DNA of 64,000 nt from Brevinematales bacterium (GCA_026415355.1 JAOAHF010000011.1:3519-67518), one strand, 5' to 3'. Numbered from the stretch's first letter, positions 31,236 through 41,988 are shown. Notes: generated from the letters alone by a model not told the origin. Numbers and translations: made by a program.

Positions 31236-32717
31236 ATGCAAGATAATCCTGAGTTAAATCAAGAAGAGTTTTTTCAAGGTAAACTTAGTTACCCATCAAA
31301 TCAAGACACTGATAATAGTGGTCTAAGTGAAGAATTTAAAACAACCTTAGATTCTTTGAAAGAAGAGATTGACACAGAACAACCCAAAGAAGAAGTAGTC
31401 CAAAAGAAAGAAACAAAAAAGGAATTACCGCCGAACATGACTGAAATCTACCTAGATGAACTAAAAGATAAATCAATAGATGAACTTATTGAAATGTTAG
31501 AAACGATATATGATTACAAATCTCCTTCTTACAGAAACAAACTTGATCTATTGTTTAAGATCGTAGATAACCATACTAAACTAGGTGGCACAGTATATGG
31601 CAGAGGAGTATTACAGATTTTGAATGACCAAAACCAAGGCTATGGTTTTTTAAGATCTGAGGAACACAACTATCTTTCAGGAGCAGGAGACATATATGTC
31701 TCTCAAACACAAATAAGATCTCTAGGGTTGAGAACAGGAGATGAGATATTCGGCACCATTAGAGCACCATTGAGAGATAATGAAAAATACTTCGGCCTTC
31801 TTAAAGTACTCAAAGTAAACGGTAAAGAATTCACTGGAAACTTACAAAAACGTCCTTCATTTGACAAGCTCACGCCAATGTTCCCAACAGAAAAATTCAA
31901 ACTTGAATATTCAAAAAATGATATAGATACAAGAATAATCGACATCTTCATACCAATAGGTAAAGGACAAAGAGGTATAATAGTATCACAACCTAAAGCA
32001 GGTAAAACAACCATCCTAAAAAAAATTGCAACAGCAATAAGAAAGAATCATCCTGATGTGATAATATTTGTGCTACTCATAGACGAGAGACCAGAAGAAG
32101 TAACAGATTGGAAACGATCACTCAAAGGGGTACAAGTAATAAGTTCTACGTTTGACGAAGAGCCATATAGACATGGAATAGTAGCAGAAATGGTACTAGA
32201 AAGAGCAAAGAGATTAGTTGAAGAAGGTAATGACGTAGTGATACTACTAGATAGTTTAACTAGACTAACAAGAGCATACAACTTAATAACTCCACCATCA
32301 GGTAGAGTAATGTCAGGAGGTATCGAAGTAGGAGCTTTTTATAAACCAAAACACTTTTTCGGTTCTGCCAGGAAAATTGAAGAAGGTGGTAGCCTAACTA
32401 TAATAGCAAGCGCATTAATCGATACAGGAAGCAAAATGGATGAAGTCATTTACGAAGAGTTTAAAGGCACAGGTAATATGGAAATCCATCTAGATAGAAC
32501 ACTAGCAAACAAGAGAATATTCCCAGCTATTGATCTAAAATTATCAGGAACTAGGAGAGAGGAATTGCTACTTCCCGAAGATACTCTACACAAAATGTGG
32601 CTACTCAGAAGAGCATTAAATGACTACTCTAACGAAGAAATAATACAAAAATTATGTGAAGTCCTAAGTAAAACTAAAAACAATGAAGAATTTCTAAACA
32701 ACCTCCAACAGTTCTAA
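31236..32717 (+). CDS. rho: transcription termination factor Rho with extended acidic N-terminal region
   Basis: RNA-binding OB region ([17 protein letters not shown]), Walker [19 protein letters not shown], and Q/R loops. The N-terminal region of about 100 aa is a D/E/K-rich insertion. Confidence 0.9.
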   Translation: MQDNPELNQEEFFQGKLSYPSNQDTDNSGLSEEFKTTLDSLKEEIDTEQPKEEVVQKKETKKELPPNMTEIYLDELKDKSIDELIEMLETIYDYKSPSYRNKLDLLFKIVDNHTKLGGTVYGRGVLQILNDQNQGYGFLRSEEHNYLSGAGDIYVSQTQIRSLGLRTGDEIFGTIRAPLRDNEKYFGLLKVLKVNGKEFTGNLQKRPSFDKLTPMFPTEKFKLEYSKNDIDTRIIDIFIPIGKGQRGIIVSQPKAGKTTILKKIATAIRKNHPDVIIFVLLIDERPEEVTDWKRSLKGVQVISSTFDEEPYRHGIVAEMVLERAKRLVEEGNDVVILLDSLTRLTRAYNLITPPSGRVMSGGIEVGAFYKPKHFFGSARKIEEGGSLTIIASALIDTGSKMDEVIYEEFKGTGNMEIHLDRTLANKRIFPAIDLKLSGTRREELLLPEDTLHKMWLLRRALNDYSNEEIIQKLCEVLSKTKNNEEFLNNLQQF

Positions 32718-32725
32718 GGTGGTTT

Positions 32726-33670
32726 ATGGATATTACCAAATACAAGGTGATGGTACCTGGTAGTAGTGCTAACATTGGAAGCGGTTTTGATGTATTTGGT
32801 ATTTCTGTAAGTATATATGGTTACTTTTCATTCCAAGACAAGCATGAGATAACTTACATAGGTAAAGATAGTATTGACACAGATCTAGCAAAAAATACAG
32901 TTTTTACTTCATTTTCAAAAGTTTTAAAAGAGTTTAACCAAAGTACTCCAAATTTAGGTATATGGATTAAAAATCATATTCCTATAAAGAGAGGATTAGG
33001 TAGTAGCTCAGTAGCAATAATCGGTGGTCTCTCTCTTGGTTATGTATATCTTAAACATCAAAACTTATTACCAGATGATTTACACGACTTCAACACATTC
33101 AGAGAAAAAATAATATTACCCCTCGGTGTTGAAATTGAAGGGCACCCGGACAATATAACTCCTTCAACAGTTGGTGGATTTACAATATCAGGTCTAGATG
33201 GTAAACTTAAATATCAAAAACTCAACGTTCCAAAGAACTTACATTTTGTATTTGTAATACCAGAATTTGATGTTTCAACACAATCTGCAAGAAATGTACT
33301 ACCATTAAACTACAAAAGAGAAGATGTTATATTCAACATAAGGTCCTCAGTTAGCTTGGTTTTGGGAATAGTCAACAACGACAGAGAACTGATATCTCTA
33401 GGATTAAGAGATAAAATACATCAACCCTACAGAGCAAATCTCTACCAAGGTTTTGAAAACCTTTTAAACTTAAAACCAACAGATGTATCCGAAAACTTCA
33501 TAGGTAGTTTTGTATCAGGCAGCGGTCCTACAATATGCTGTGTATTTCACACTCAGCCTAGTTTCAACGATATACAAAAGATAAGAAATATCTTAAATCA
33601 AAATACTAATCATTCATACGATATACAAATACTTTCTGTTGACAACATAGGTACAAGAATTATTATTTAA
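32726..33670 (+). CDS. thrB: homoserine kinase (GHMP family)
   Basis: VPGSSANIGSGFDVFGISV and the GHMP motif IPIKRGLGSSSVAIIGG. Confidence 0.8.
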   Translation: MDITKYKVMVPGSSANIGSGFDVFGISVSIYGYFSFQDKHEITYIGKDSIDTDLAKNTVFTSFSKVLKEFNQSTPNLGIWIKNHIPIKRGLGSSSVAIIGGLSLGYVYLKHQNLLPDDLHDFNTFREKIILPLGVEIEGHPDNITPSTVGGFTISGLDGKLKYQKLNVPKNLHFVFVIPEFDVSTQSARNVLPLNYKREDVIFNIRSSVSLVLGIVNNDRELISLGLRDKIHQPYRANLYQGFENLLNLKPTDVSENFIGSFVSGSGPTICCVFHTQPSFNDIQKIRNILNQNTNHSYDIQILSVDNIGTRIII

Positions 33671-33720
33671 GAATACCAAAAGTTTTATAAATCTAAATAT
33701 CTTATGTATAATTCATAATC

Positions 33721-34170
33721 ATGATAAAGGTTAATATAATCAACAACTACGGAAGCCTTAGGAGTTTTCTCAAACTCAAGCATGTAAAAGAGATATCCAC
33801 TTTTGTCCTCAGAGAACTCAGTAAAAACAAAGTTGAAATTACAATTTTACTATGCAAGAATGAAGAGATAAAAGAATATAACTCCAAATATAGACAAAAA
33901 GACTATCCAACAGATGTTTTATCTTTTCCATACGGTGAAAAAATAGGTAGATATACATATTTAGGTGACATCATAATTTCTATAGACAAAGTGCATGAAC
34001 AAAGTAAGGAATTCGAAGTTTCAGAATTTGAGGAGTTTTTGAGACTTTTGGTCCATGGTATACTACATCTTCTAGGATACGATCACGAAACTTCAGAAGA
34101 AGACGAAAAAATCATGATGGAACTACAAGATAACCTCATAGCGAAAATCATGGACAAGTATAATTCTTGA
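33721..34170 (+). CDS. ybeY: rRNA maturation endoribonuclease YbeY
   Basis: 149 aa with the H3xH5xH zinc motif LVHGILHLLGYDHE. Confidence 0.8.
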   Translation: MIKVNIINNYGSLRSFLKLKHVKEISTFVLRELSKNKVEITILLCKNEEIKEYNSKYRQKDYPTDVLSFPYGEKIGRYTYLGDIIISIDKVHEQSKEFEVSEFEEFLRLLVHGILHLLGYDHETSEEDEKIMMELQDNLIAKIMDKYNS

Positions 34171-34249
34171 AATCATACTGCATTCACAAACATCTCATAG
34201 AATTATGTGAAAGTATTCAAATCATCATGTCAAAAATATCAGAATACTG

Positions 34250-35689
34250 TTAGTATGCTCCTCTAGTTTTGAATACTGCAGGAATAGTTTTTAGGATTAT
34301 CACTATATCAAGCCAAAAAGACCAATTCTCAATGTACCAAATATCAGTTCTAACTCTAAAGTTATAATCCGTTTCGTTTCTACCAGAAACTTGCCACAAA
34401 CCTGTTATTCCTGGCCTAACCGCATAGTAATAAAACTTAGCTTCATCCTTGTAGTACTTTTCAATCTCTTCTTTTGTTATAGCTCTAGGACCTACTACAC
34501 TCATATCACCTAAGAGAACATTTATAAATTGCGGTATCTCATCAATGCTTAGTTTTCTTATTATCTTACCTATTCTTGTAATTCTAGGATCATCTTTCAG
34601 TTTGCGGTATTTTTCCCATTCTTCTCTCTTTAGTAGGTCATTTTGAAGTATTTCTTTTAGCCTAAGATCTGCATCCTTGTACATACTTCTAAGTTTGTAA
34701 CAATAAAACTCCTTACCCCCCATTTTAACTCTTCTTGACTTGTATATAGGAGCACCAGGCGATTCAAGTACTATTAAAACAGAAAATATAGCAATAATAG
34801 GTAAAGAAGCAACTAAAGCAAGAATACTGAAAACAATATCAAAAGTCCTCTTCAAAAATCTATTAGCAGGTGTTAGAAGATTATTTCTAAGAGATATGAA
34901 GGGTACGTTTTGATCTATAACAAACAACATCTCACTATTAAGCAATGGCATACTCGAAATATTTGGAACAACCATAGTCCTTCTAACTGATGAATGTATA
35001 TGAGATATAAGTTTTGAAAAGAAGTCTTCAGGAGCATTCTCCAAGTATATTAGTGCTAAGTCTATATTGGATTTAGATATTTTCTGTTTTATCCTATTAA
35101 GTGTATCTAACGAATAATCTTTTATGATTATTATCTGTCTTATATTCATAAGCAATGACTTATTTTTTCTAGCAACATCATATAAAGTCGTTTTGTATTT
35201 TACTGAATCCGTTATAAGTGATGTCCTAAAAGTTAAATAAGACGTTTTGTAGATTATGTACTTCAATATACCCCTCAAAGTAATCACAATAGGTATGTAA
35301 AAAATTGATGTTATCAGAACCAAAAATCTAGCATCAAGATCATACCACTTTGAGATATAAGAAATAGACATTACCATTACCAAACTTATTATCGCAACAC
35401 TAGTTATCCTTTTTGTTTCCTCCCAAAAGGATACAGATAAAGTGTATAACCTTTGAACTACAGAAACTGATAAAAATACTATCCATATCCAAGAAGGATA
35501 GAATGGCCCTAGAATAGGTGGCAAGTTATCAGGAACAGTATACGGAGTATATGCTAGAAGTAATAACCTAATCCACAAACCTATATAATTAGCCAAATAT
35601 ATCGCTAGCAAATCAGTTAGAAGTAGAATAACAAATCTTAGAATGCTCTTTATTTGAAACATAGATTTTAATTTTAAAAATAAAAGCAC
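34250..35689 (-). CDS. polyprenyl-phosphate hexose-1-phosphate transferase (WbaP/bacterial sugar transferase family)
   Basis: 479 aa. N-terminal TMs, then a C-terminal bacterial sugar transferase domain (FDIVFSILALVASLPIIAIFSVLIVLESPGAPIYKSRRVKMGGKEFYCYKLRSM...PGITGLWQVSGR). Confidence 0.8.
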   Translation of the reverse strand: MLLFLKLKSMFQIKSILRFVILLLTDLLAIYLANYIGLWIRLLLLAYTPYTVPDNLPPILGPFYPSWIWIVFLSVSVVQRLYTLSVSFWEETKRITSVAIISLVMVMSISYISKWYDLDARFLVLITSIFYIPIVITLRGILKYIIYKTSYLTFRTSLITDSVKYKTTLYDVARKNKSLLMNIRQIIIIKDYSLDTLNRIKQKISKSNIDLALIYLENAPEDFFSKLISHIHSSVRRTMVVPNISSMPLLNSEMLFVIDQNVPFISLRNNLLTPANRFLKRTFDIVFSILALVASLPIIAIFSVLIVLESPGAPIYKSRRVKMGGKEFYCYKLRSMYKDADLRLKEILQNDLLKREEWEKYRKLKDDPRITRIGKIIRKLSIDEIPQFINVLLGDMSVVGPRAITKEEIEKYYKDEAKFYYYAVRPGITGLWQVSGRNETDYNFRVRTDIWYIENWSFWLDIVIILKTIPAVFKTRGAY

Positions 35690-35804
35690 ATACCTTACAA
35701 AACATTGAGTATTCGTTAACAGATCCTAAATCAAACAAATAACTACATAGAATAAATATTTCTTCTATTAATATGAAGTTTAATGGATACAAAACAAGTT
35801 TAAC

Positions 35805-35834
35805 TTGCCAGATTTCGATGAATTATTGTATAAT
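35805..35834 (+). promoter_or_regulatory. sigma-70-type promoter for the tRNA-Arg/Lys/Leu operon
   Basis: TTGCCA at 35805-35810, an 18-nt spacer, then TATAAT at 35829-34. The first tRNA starts 11 nt downstream. Confidence 0.5.
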
Positions 35835-35844
35835 TGTTATGGTA

Positions 35845-35918
35845 GCGCCTGTAGCTCAACAGGATAGAGCGGTGGACTTCGAATCCAAAGGTTGCGGGTT
35901 CAAGTCCCGCCAGGCGCG
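35845..35918 (+). tRNA. tRNA-Arg (anticodon TCG as read from the loop CTTCGAA)
   Basis: Cloverleaf folded by hand. Acceptor GCGCCTG/CAGGCGC, D-arm GCTC...GAGC, anticodon stem GTGGA/TCCAA with one G-A mismatch at 27:43, T-arm GCGGG TTCAAGT CCCGC, discriminator G. CCA is not encoded. Confidence 0.65.
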
Positions 35919-35929
35919 AGGGAGTAGAT

Positions 35930-36002
<73 letters not shown>

Positions 36003-36006
36003 AGAA

Positions 36007-36088
36007 GGGCAGATGGCGGAATTGGCAGACGCGCTAGACTTAGGATCTAGTGGGGTAACCCGTGGGGGTTCAAGTCCCCCTCTGCCCA
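36007..36088 (+). tRNA. tRNA-Leu (anticodon TAG), type II with long variable arm
   Basis: Acceptor GGGCAGA/TCTGCCC, GGCGGAATTGGCAGACGCG D-arm, anticodon stem-loop CTAGA-CTTAGGA-TCTAG, long variable arm TGGGGTAACCCGT, T-arm GGGGG TTCAAGT CCCCC. Confidence 0.8.
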
Positions 36089-36098
36089 ATGCTTGCTA

Positions 36099-36956
36099 CT
36101 ATCTACACTTCGAATTCCTCCTGTAATTTGCTAGCTCGTAAGTATTCTCAATAAGCATAGCTCTGGTCATAGGTCCAACTCCTCCAGGGACAGGTGTTAT
36201 ATATCCACAAACTTCCTTCACATCTTCAAAATCAACATCACCAACTAGCTTTGAATTCCCATCAACTTCAATTCTATTTATACCAACATCAATAATTACA
36301 CTACCTTCCTTTATCATATTTTTCTTAATAAACCATGGTCTACCAACTGCAACAACTAAAATATCTGCTTGTCTTGTAATATCTTCTATATTACTAGTTT
36401 TTGAATGACAAATTGTTACAGTCGAATTTCTATGCATCAACATAATGGAAGTAGGTTTACCAACTATATTACTCCTACCTATGACAACAGACCTCTTACC
36501 TTCAATACCAATGTTGTAGTACTCAAGAAGTCTTATTATACCTTTAGGAGTACAAGGCTCTACAAAGGGTTTACCAATCAAAAGTTTGCCAACATTCTCA
36601 GGATGAAACCCATCCACATCTTTGAGAGGAGATACCGTAGACAAAACTCTATATTCGTCTATATGTTTAGGCAAAGGTAGTTGAACTAAAATACCATCAA
36701 CCTCATCATCCTTATTCAGCTCCTCTATAAGACTTATGAGCTTATTCTCAGAAGTATCTGAAGGCAATAAAAAATCCTTTGTTGCTATTCCCACTTCGTT
36801 ACATTCTTTAGTTTTCATTGAGACATAAACTTTTGAACTAGGATTATCACCAACAAGTATTACAGCTAATGTTACTTTAAGCCCCTTAGAAGATATAAGA
36901 GCTTTAACTCTTTCTTTGTAAATACTAGATACTAATTTACCATCAATTATTTTCAT
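36099..36956 (-). CDS. folD: bifunctional 5,10-methylene-tetrahydrofolate dehydrogenase/cyclohydrolase
   Basis: 285 aa with LAVILVGDNPSSKVYV, VDGILVQLPLP, GRSNIVGKP, PVPGGVGPMT. Confidence 0.85.
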   Translation of the reverse strand: MKIIDGKLVSSIYKERVKALISSKGLKVTLAVILVGDNPSSKVYVSMKTKECNEVGIATKDFLLPSDTSENKLISLIEELNKDDEVDGILVQLPLPKHIDEYRVLSTVSPLKDVDGFHPENVGKLLIGKPFVEPCTPKGIIRLLEYYNIGIEGKRSVVIGRSNIVGKPTSIMLMHRNSTVTICHSKTSNIEDITRQADILVVAVGRPWFIKKNMIKEGSVIIDVGINRIEVDGNSKLVGDVDFEDVKEVCGYITPVPGGVGPMTRAMLIENTYELANYRRNSKCR

Positions 36957-36975
36957 AAGTGAAAAAAAATTTAAC

Positions 36976-37218
36976 TTATACCTTATACTTAGCCATTTCT
37001 TGCTGTTTTCTCTTTTTTCTCTCTTCTCTTTTTGTATAATCTATGTAATTTATTCCTTTGTACTTACCTGTAGTTATGCTAGCTCTGTGTGGAAGTTTCC
37101 AATCACCATCCTCAGATTTTACCAATACTTCTTCAGGAAATCCTAAAGTATGATAAAAAACTCTAGTCCTTCTATTCCTTATTCTTCTGTGGGACTTCTT
37201 ATGCTTCGGAACACCCAT
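36976..37218 (-). CDS. rpmF: 50S ribosomal protein bL32 (non-zinc type) with K/R/E-rich C-terminal tail
   Basis: MGVPKHKKSHRRIRNRRT matches the bL32 N-terminus MAVxKxKxSxSxRxxRR. KLPHRASITTGKYKGINY aligns to E. coli HLRHHITADGYYRGRKV. Confidence 0.6.
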   Translation of the reverse strand: MGVPKHKKSHRRIRNRRTRVFYHTLGFPEEVLVKSEDGDWKLPHRASITTGKYKGINYIDYTKREERKKRKQQEMAKYKV

Positions 37219-37232
37219 AAAAAACTCCTATG

Positions 37233-37304
37233 CGCCCCCAAGGGGAATCGAACCCCTGCTACGGGATTGAAAGCCCCGTGTCCTAACCACTAGACGATGG
37301 GGGC
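37233..37304 (-). tRNA. tRNA-Glu (anticodon TTC)
   Basis: The minus strand reads GCCCCCA TC GTCTAGTGGTTAGGAC A CGGGG CTTTCAA TCCCG ... AGGGGTTCGATTCCCCT TGGGGGC G. The anticodon loop CTTTCAA gives UUC. Confidence 0.75.
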
Positions 37305-37671
37305 ATCAAAGTAATGATAATTTTATACCAAAATACAAACTTATTTCAAATTCAATTAACTAAATCAAAAAAACTTCTCTACTTTCCAAAATCTTTCACT
37401 ATCATAATCTCATCTACTAATTACTAATTAACATTACTGAGATTTTTACTTCACCCTTCTACTATTGCTCAAATTTTAACCATCTTTTCTTTACATACCC
37501 TAACATTTAATCACCTAACATCGTTTTCCATCACATCATACTTTATTAATATCCTTAATTGTTATGCTAACTACTAAATAAGACACTAGAAACTAATCCA
37601 GCCATCTCCGTAATAAACCTGAATAAAATTTCAATAGACTATTCAATAAAGAACTTTTATTTTTTTTGTTT

Positions 37672-38328
37672 TCACTTTATCTTGAGTATAACCTGTAACC
37701 TAAAGGAGTAATTAAGTCCTTTTTCCAAACAAAATGGAATTATAAACTTTGATCTTTCAACTAATTCTTCTGCTGTTGTACCCTGAGGCATAAGAAAAAC
37801 TCTATGTTTTGGAAGGCCGTAATTATCTATTATGTTTTCTACAAAACTAAGATCATATTCATCTGACACAACAAACTTGAATATTGAATTCATCTTAACG
37901 AAATACCTAAGATTTTCGAAAATACTTTTGTAAATCTTATCACCTCTTGATAACTTTGAACTTGGAAGTTTAGGAGAAACATTAAACTTATACTTCTCCA
38001 AGCTACTTTTTGGAATATATATACCAGAAGTTTCAAATTCAATTTCCTTGAAGTAAGACAATTTGAGTATTTCATCTATCTCATCCTGATAGTAGAGTGG
38101 TTCACCACCTGTAAATACAATAATACCTCCTTTACTTTTTGAGAAATTTGTTATAACCCTTGAAATTTCGTCCACCGATTTTTCTATTCCTCCTTCAAAA
38201 GGCACAGAATATTTTGTATCACACCAAACGCAGTCAAGAGGACATCCTTGAAGTCTAATAAATAGTGCCAGTCTTCCAGATGTATCTCCTTCACCCTGTA
38301 TAGACTCAAATATCTCAGATACTCTCAT
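37672..38328 (-). CDS. queE: 7-carboxy-7-deazaguanine synthase (radical SAM, queuosine pathway)
   Basis: MRVSEIFESIQGEGDTSGRLALFIRLQGCPLDCVWCDTKYS with the CxxxCxxC radical-SAM cluster motif. It overlaps the upstream rodZ-like gene by 4 nt. Confidence 0.8.
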   Translation of the reverse strand: MRVSEIFESIQGEGDTSGRLALFIRLQGCPLDCVWCDTKYSVPFEGGIEKSVDEISRVITNFSKSKGGIIVFTGGEPLYYQDEIDEILKLSYFKEIEFETSGIYIPKSSLEKYKFNVSPKLPSSKLSRGDKIYKSIFENLRYFVKMNSIFKFVVSDEYDLSFVENIIDNYGLPKHRVFLMPQGTTAEELVERSKFIIPFCLEKGLNYSFRLQVILKIK

Positions 38329-39338
38329 TCTAGATACTGTATTTTTACTAATACTCCCTTTACACTTTCAACAACTTCAAATACAATATATGAAGGACCT
38401 TCTCCATCAAGTTTGATATCTCTATCTGAAAATCTGACATTCAAATTTTTCACATCGGATGTCTTCAACACCAACTTATTTCTAACAGCAAGCTTTCTAG
38501 AATTATCCTTACCAAGGTAAAATTGATTTTCTTCAGAGTTATCAATTATTAAAGAAACCCAAACAACCTCATCTGATGATATTTCAAAATCAACAGGCAC
38601 TCTTCCACCTTCTAAGAATACATTCTCCTCTTTTGATGTTTTTTCCTGTGACTTGTAAAACGATATTCTAAGTCTAGGTTTTTTATCGATAAACGCTTCG
38701 TATCGCATCTCAAGATCAACTATACCATCCATGTTGAAATCCATCATTGATCTATTCTTTAGAACAAAAGAATATATAGAGTCATTTATACTCAACACTA
38801 TATCGTTACCATTATTCCTAACCTCAAGAAGCTTAATCTTTACACTTGTATTACCAACTTTATCTCTAAACTCTTCTCCTTCACTAAATGATTTTAATAT
38901 AGTTTTTACATTGCTATTATCAACCAAAACTTCATAACCTTTGGATATAATCAAGTTGACAATCAAGACAATTAAAACTAAAACTATAAATACTCCAATG
39001 GATATCCAACCCAACTTTCTAAAGTCTATCCTATCAAATATACTAGCTTTACCTATTAGTTGCTCTAAAGGTATTTCTTTTTCTTCTATTTGTTTTCTCT
39101 CATAAAGCCTAAGAGCATACTCAGGATCACCACCTAGAAAAGAAGCGTAAGACTTTATGTAACCCTTTATATAAACTTCTCCAGGGAAATCTGAAAAGTT
39201 ATCTTTCTCAATACCCTCTATATACTTTCTAGGTATATTAGTATTTCTTACTACTTCTTCTATTGATATGCTCCTAGTAAGCCTTAAATCTTTTAAATAT
39301 TTACCTACACTCTCCATAAAAAATACGCTAAATTCCAA
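38325..39338 (-). CDS. RodZ-like cytoskeleton-associated membrane protein (N-terminal XRE-type HTH, TM, C-terminal beta domain)
   Basis: VGKYLKDLRLTRSISIEEVVRNTNIPRKYIEGIEKDNFSDFPGEVYIKGYIKSYASFLG is the RodZ HTH signature. TM is ISIGVFIVLVLIVLIVNLII. Confidence 0.55.
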   Translation of the reverse strand: MEFSVFFMESVGKYLKDLRLTRSISIEEVVRNTNIPRKYIEGIEKDNFSDFPGEVYIKGYIKSYASFLGGDPEYALRLYERKQIEEKEIPLEQLIGKASIFDRIDFRKLGWISIGVFIVLVLIVLIVNLIISKGYEVLVDNSNVKTILKSFSEGEEFRDKVGNTSVKIKLLEVRNNGNDIVLSINDSIYSFVLKNRSMMDFNMDGIVDLEMRYEAFIDKKPRLRISFYKSQEKTSKEENVFLEGGRVPVDFEISSDEVVWVSLIIDNSEENQFYLGKDNSRKLAVRNKLVLKTSDVKNLNVRFSDRDIKLDGEGPSYIVFEVVESVKGVLVKIQYLE

Positions 39339-39389
39339 ACAAAATTATAGATGTATATAAGAAATCCTTTCAACTGAAATTTCAACACA

Positions 39390-40325
39390 TCAAATATAAT
39401 ACTTTTCAAGAACTAAACTTTTCATGAAGAATAAGTTTTCTTTAAATGTATACTCTTTAATAACCAAATCAACAAATGTTTTAATCAATGCATAAACCAA
39501 ATAAAAAGGCTTAAACAGTAAATAGTAAAATAAAAAATTCTTTCTCAAGTACCTCAGAAATGATACTACTTTCATAGATCTCTTGAGATTTGACACCTTA
39601 AAACTTTTACTCTCCAAGTGTATAATCTTTGTAAATTTTATTATTCCAATCTTTAGTCCAAGTCTTTTAACTCTGATCTGTAGATCTGCTTCTTCAAAGT
39701 ACATAAAAAACTGTTCATCAAAGCCACCAATATTTTCGAATAGACTCCTACCAATAAACAAATCAGCCCCAATTACATAATCAACCTCCTTAACATCTTC
39801 ACTGCCAAAAAACGACGATACAAAATCATCATACTTTTTGTTACTTGAAAAATTATTCTTTAAACTCTTAGGTAAAAATGGTTTTAAGATATAATCCTTT
39901 ATACCTAATTTGAACGGCAAAAAATCTCCCCAAGACTGAACAACATGATTCTCTTTATCAATAAGTAATACACCTATAACTCCATAATCATCATTACTCT
40001 CCATAAAATCGAACATAACTTTTATAGAATTCTCCAATAGTATTGTATCAGTATTTAGAAAAAGCAAATACTTACCTTTTGCATACTTTACTCCTAAATT
40101 ACACCCTCCTGCAAACCCCAAGTTTTTTTGACTCTTTACAACTTTTACATTATCAAACCTTTTCTCAATTTCATCAGCACTACCGTCAATAGAATTGTTA
40201 TCAACAACTATTATTTCATAACTAATACCACTTGTATGCTCAATCACTGATGAAATACATTCAATTGTAATATCTCTAGTATTGTAATTAACTAATATTA
40301 TACTTACATCAAACCTATTATCCAT
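39390..40325 (-). CDS. family 2 glycosyltransferase
   Basis: VSIILVNYNTRDITIECISSV...EIIVVDNNSIDGS and a DxD region (FLNTDTIL). Confidence 0.75.
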   Translation of the reverse strand: MDNRFDVSIILVNYNTRDITIECISSVIEHTSGISYEIIVVDNNSIDGSADEIEKRFDNVKVVKSQKNLGFAGGCNLGVKYAKGKYLLFLNTDTILLENSIKVMFDFMESNDDYGVIGVLLIDKENHVVQSWGDFLPFKLGIKDYILKPFLPKSLKNNFSSNKKYDDFVSSFFGSEDVKEVDYVIGADLFIGRSLFENIGGFDEQFFMYFEEADLQIRVKRLGLKIGIIKFTKIIHLESKSFKVSNLKRSMKVVSFLRYLRKNFLFYYLLFKPFYLVYALIKTFVDLVIKEYTFKENLFFMKSLVLEKYYI

Positions 40326-40550
40326 ACTTCTACCTCCAAAGCAACCTTTAAGAAACCTGCTTTATATAAACAATCTTTATAATAAGTATCAAGATAACCC
40401 CACATCAACAAAATAGAGACTGATCTTTAAAAAAGCCTAAAATCAAGCTAAACATTTAGAAAATTATGGATATAATTTTGTCAACCTAATCAACATAATA
40501 CCAATCTTATTTAAATTCTCAAAGGAATATAACCAACTAAAAACTTAAGT

Positions 40551-41138
40551 TTGAAAAAATACAAACAAGACATATATTCTTTGAGTATGGAAAACAGAAT
40601 AATAATATCAGGTTTTGGTGGACAAGGAGTTTTATCCGCTGGAATGATACTGTCATATGGAGCAATATCAGCAGGCAAATATCCTACATTTTTTCCATCT
40701 TACGGTGCTGAGCAAAGAGGTGGAACATCAAACTGCACAGTAATAATAGACGATCACGAAGTAGCATCACCTGTAACACATTCGCCTAACATTGTAGTTT
40801 GTTTCAATCAACCATCCGTCTTAAAGTTTGAGTCTTGGGTTGAAAAAAGCGGAATACTACTTTACAACTCATCGTTAGTCAACATACCTCCCAAAAGAAC
40901 AGATATAAAAATATACCACATAGATGCAAACACAATAGCATTTGATCTTGGAGATACCAGATTTGTCAACATGGTAATGCTTGGAGCCTTAATAGCTATA
41001 ACACAATTATACGATCTCAATCATTTACTACTAGGCATAGAAAGATTCTTCTCCGAAAAAGGAAAATCAAAAATAGTCAAACCTAATCAAGACGCCGCAG
41101 AATTTGGATACAATTACTTTATATCAATACTCAAATAA
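40551..41138 (+). CDS. 2-oxoacid:ferredoxin oxidoreductase gamma subunit (PorG/KorC-like), stand-alone
   Basis: ENRIIISGFGGQGVLSAGMILSYGAI...FPSYGAEQRGG is the PFOR gamma-domain signature. The true start may be the internal ATG at 40587 (MENRII). No alpha, beta or delta subunit genes are adjacent. Confidence 0.7.
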   Translation: MKKYKQDIYSLSMENRIIISGFGGQGVLSAGMILSYGAISAGKYPTFFPSYGAEQRGGTSNCTVIIDDHEVASPVTHSPNIVVCFNQPSVLKFESWVEKSGILLYNSSLVNIPPKRTDIKIYHIDANTIAFDLGDTRFVNMVMLGALIAITQLYDLNHLLLGIERFFSEKGKSKIVKPNQDAAEFGYNYFISILK

Positions 41139-41280
41139 TAATACAATATTGTAACCTCTATATAACTACAACATAACTAACAGAAATAAAGCTTAAATAA
41201 GATCGTAATCTTTTAACGATAAAAAAGAATTGGTAATCTAAAAGAGTTTTTTACATTTCAAATTAATCGAAACAAGTCCC

Positions 41281-41988
41281 TTAATCTAAGTGTGTTAATA
41301 TAAAACCTATATATTTTGTTTTTCTAAGATAGTCTTCAAAAATTTCCCTCTTTACTCTACCACCTCTGTTTTTTGTTCCGCTTGCATGGATTATATAGAT
41401 TTGATTAGAACTTTTTTCAATTATCCCCAAGTGCCCTACAATTTCCCCTTTCACACTTGTCTCTGGATGCTTAACTAAAAATACAATACTACCGTTTCTG
41501 ATAAAGCGCCTTATAGAGGAATAGTTTGATTTAGGTATAAAATATATATAATCTTCAAGCCTTCCTGAATAAACTTTTTCAAGCATACTAGAATGCACTT
41601 TAATAACTTTTCCCCACTTACCACTTAATATCATATCCTCTCCATATTCAAATCTATCCTCATAATTCAAAACATATCCGTTTTGTAATACACCTCTCGT
41701 CTTAAATCTCTTATCAAGAGCAATTTGTATCGCATTGCTTTCATCCCCATCAGCCAAAGCAAGTTCAACTACTCTAAATGTTAAATACATACAATCAACC
41801 TTATCATCAACAACAATCTTCTTTTCCTTAACATAGGTACCAAGAGGATCTATATCATAAGGTGTCCCTAAAAATCTTTTCGCATAGTACACAATCTTAT
41901 CACCTAATTCCAATGAATGGCTTATCGTTGAAAGAAATAAAAAATATGATAGAGTAAATATCACAAACCAATCAACCTTTCTAACCAT
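41281..41988 (-). CDS. hypothetical secreted protein, possibly NlpC/P60-like (DUF1460-like) hydrolase fold
   Basis: 235 aa with a signal peptide. Candidate Cys (VDCMYLTFRVVE) and His (VGHLGIIEKS) are spaced like papain-fold amidases. This is a weak assignment. Confidence 0.35.
   Translation of the reverse strand: MVRKVDWFVIFTLSYFLFLSTISHSLELGDKIVYYAKRFLGTPYDIDPLGTYVKEKKIVVDDKVDCMYLTFRVVELALADGDESNAIQIALDKRFKTRGVLQNGYVLNYEDRFEYGEDMILSGKWGKVIKVHSSMLEKVYSGRLEDYIYFIPKSNYSSIRRFIRNGSIVFLVKHPETSVKGEIVGHLGIIEKSSNQIYIIHASGTKNRGGRVKREIFEDYLRKTKYIGFILTHLD

Noticed and set aside
31703-32281. Minus-strand ORFs of 77-103 aa inside rho
   Set aside because: They are antisense shadows.
38329-38400. preQ1 riboswitch upstream of queE
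   Set aside because: queE overlaps the upstream rodZ-like gene by 4 nt, leaving no leader.
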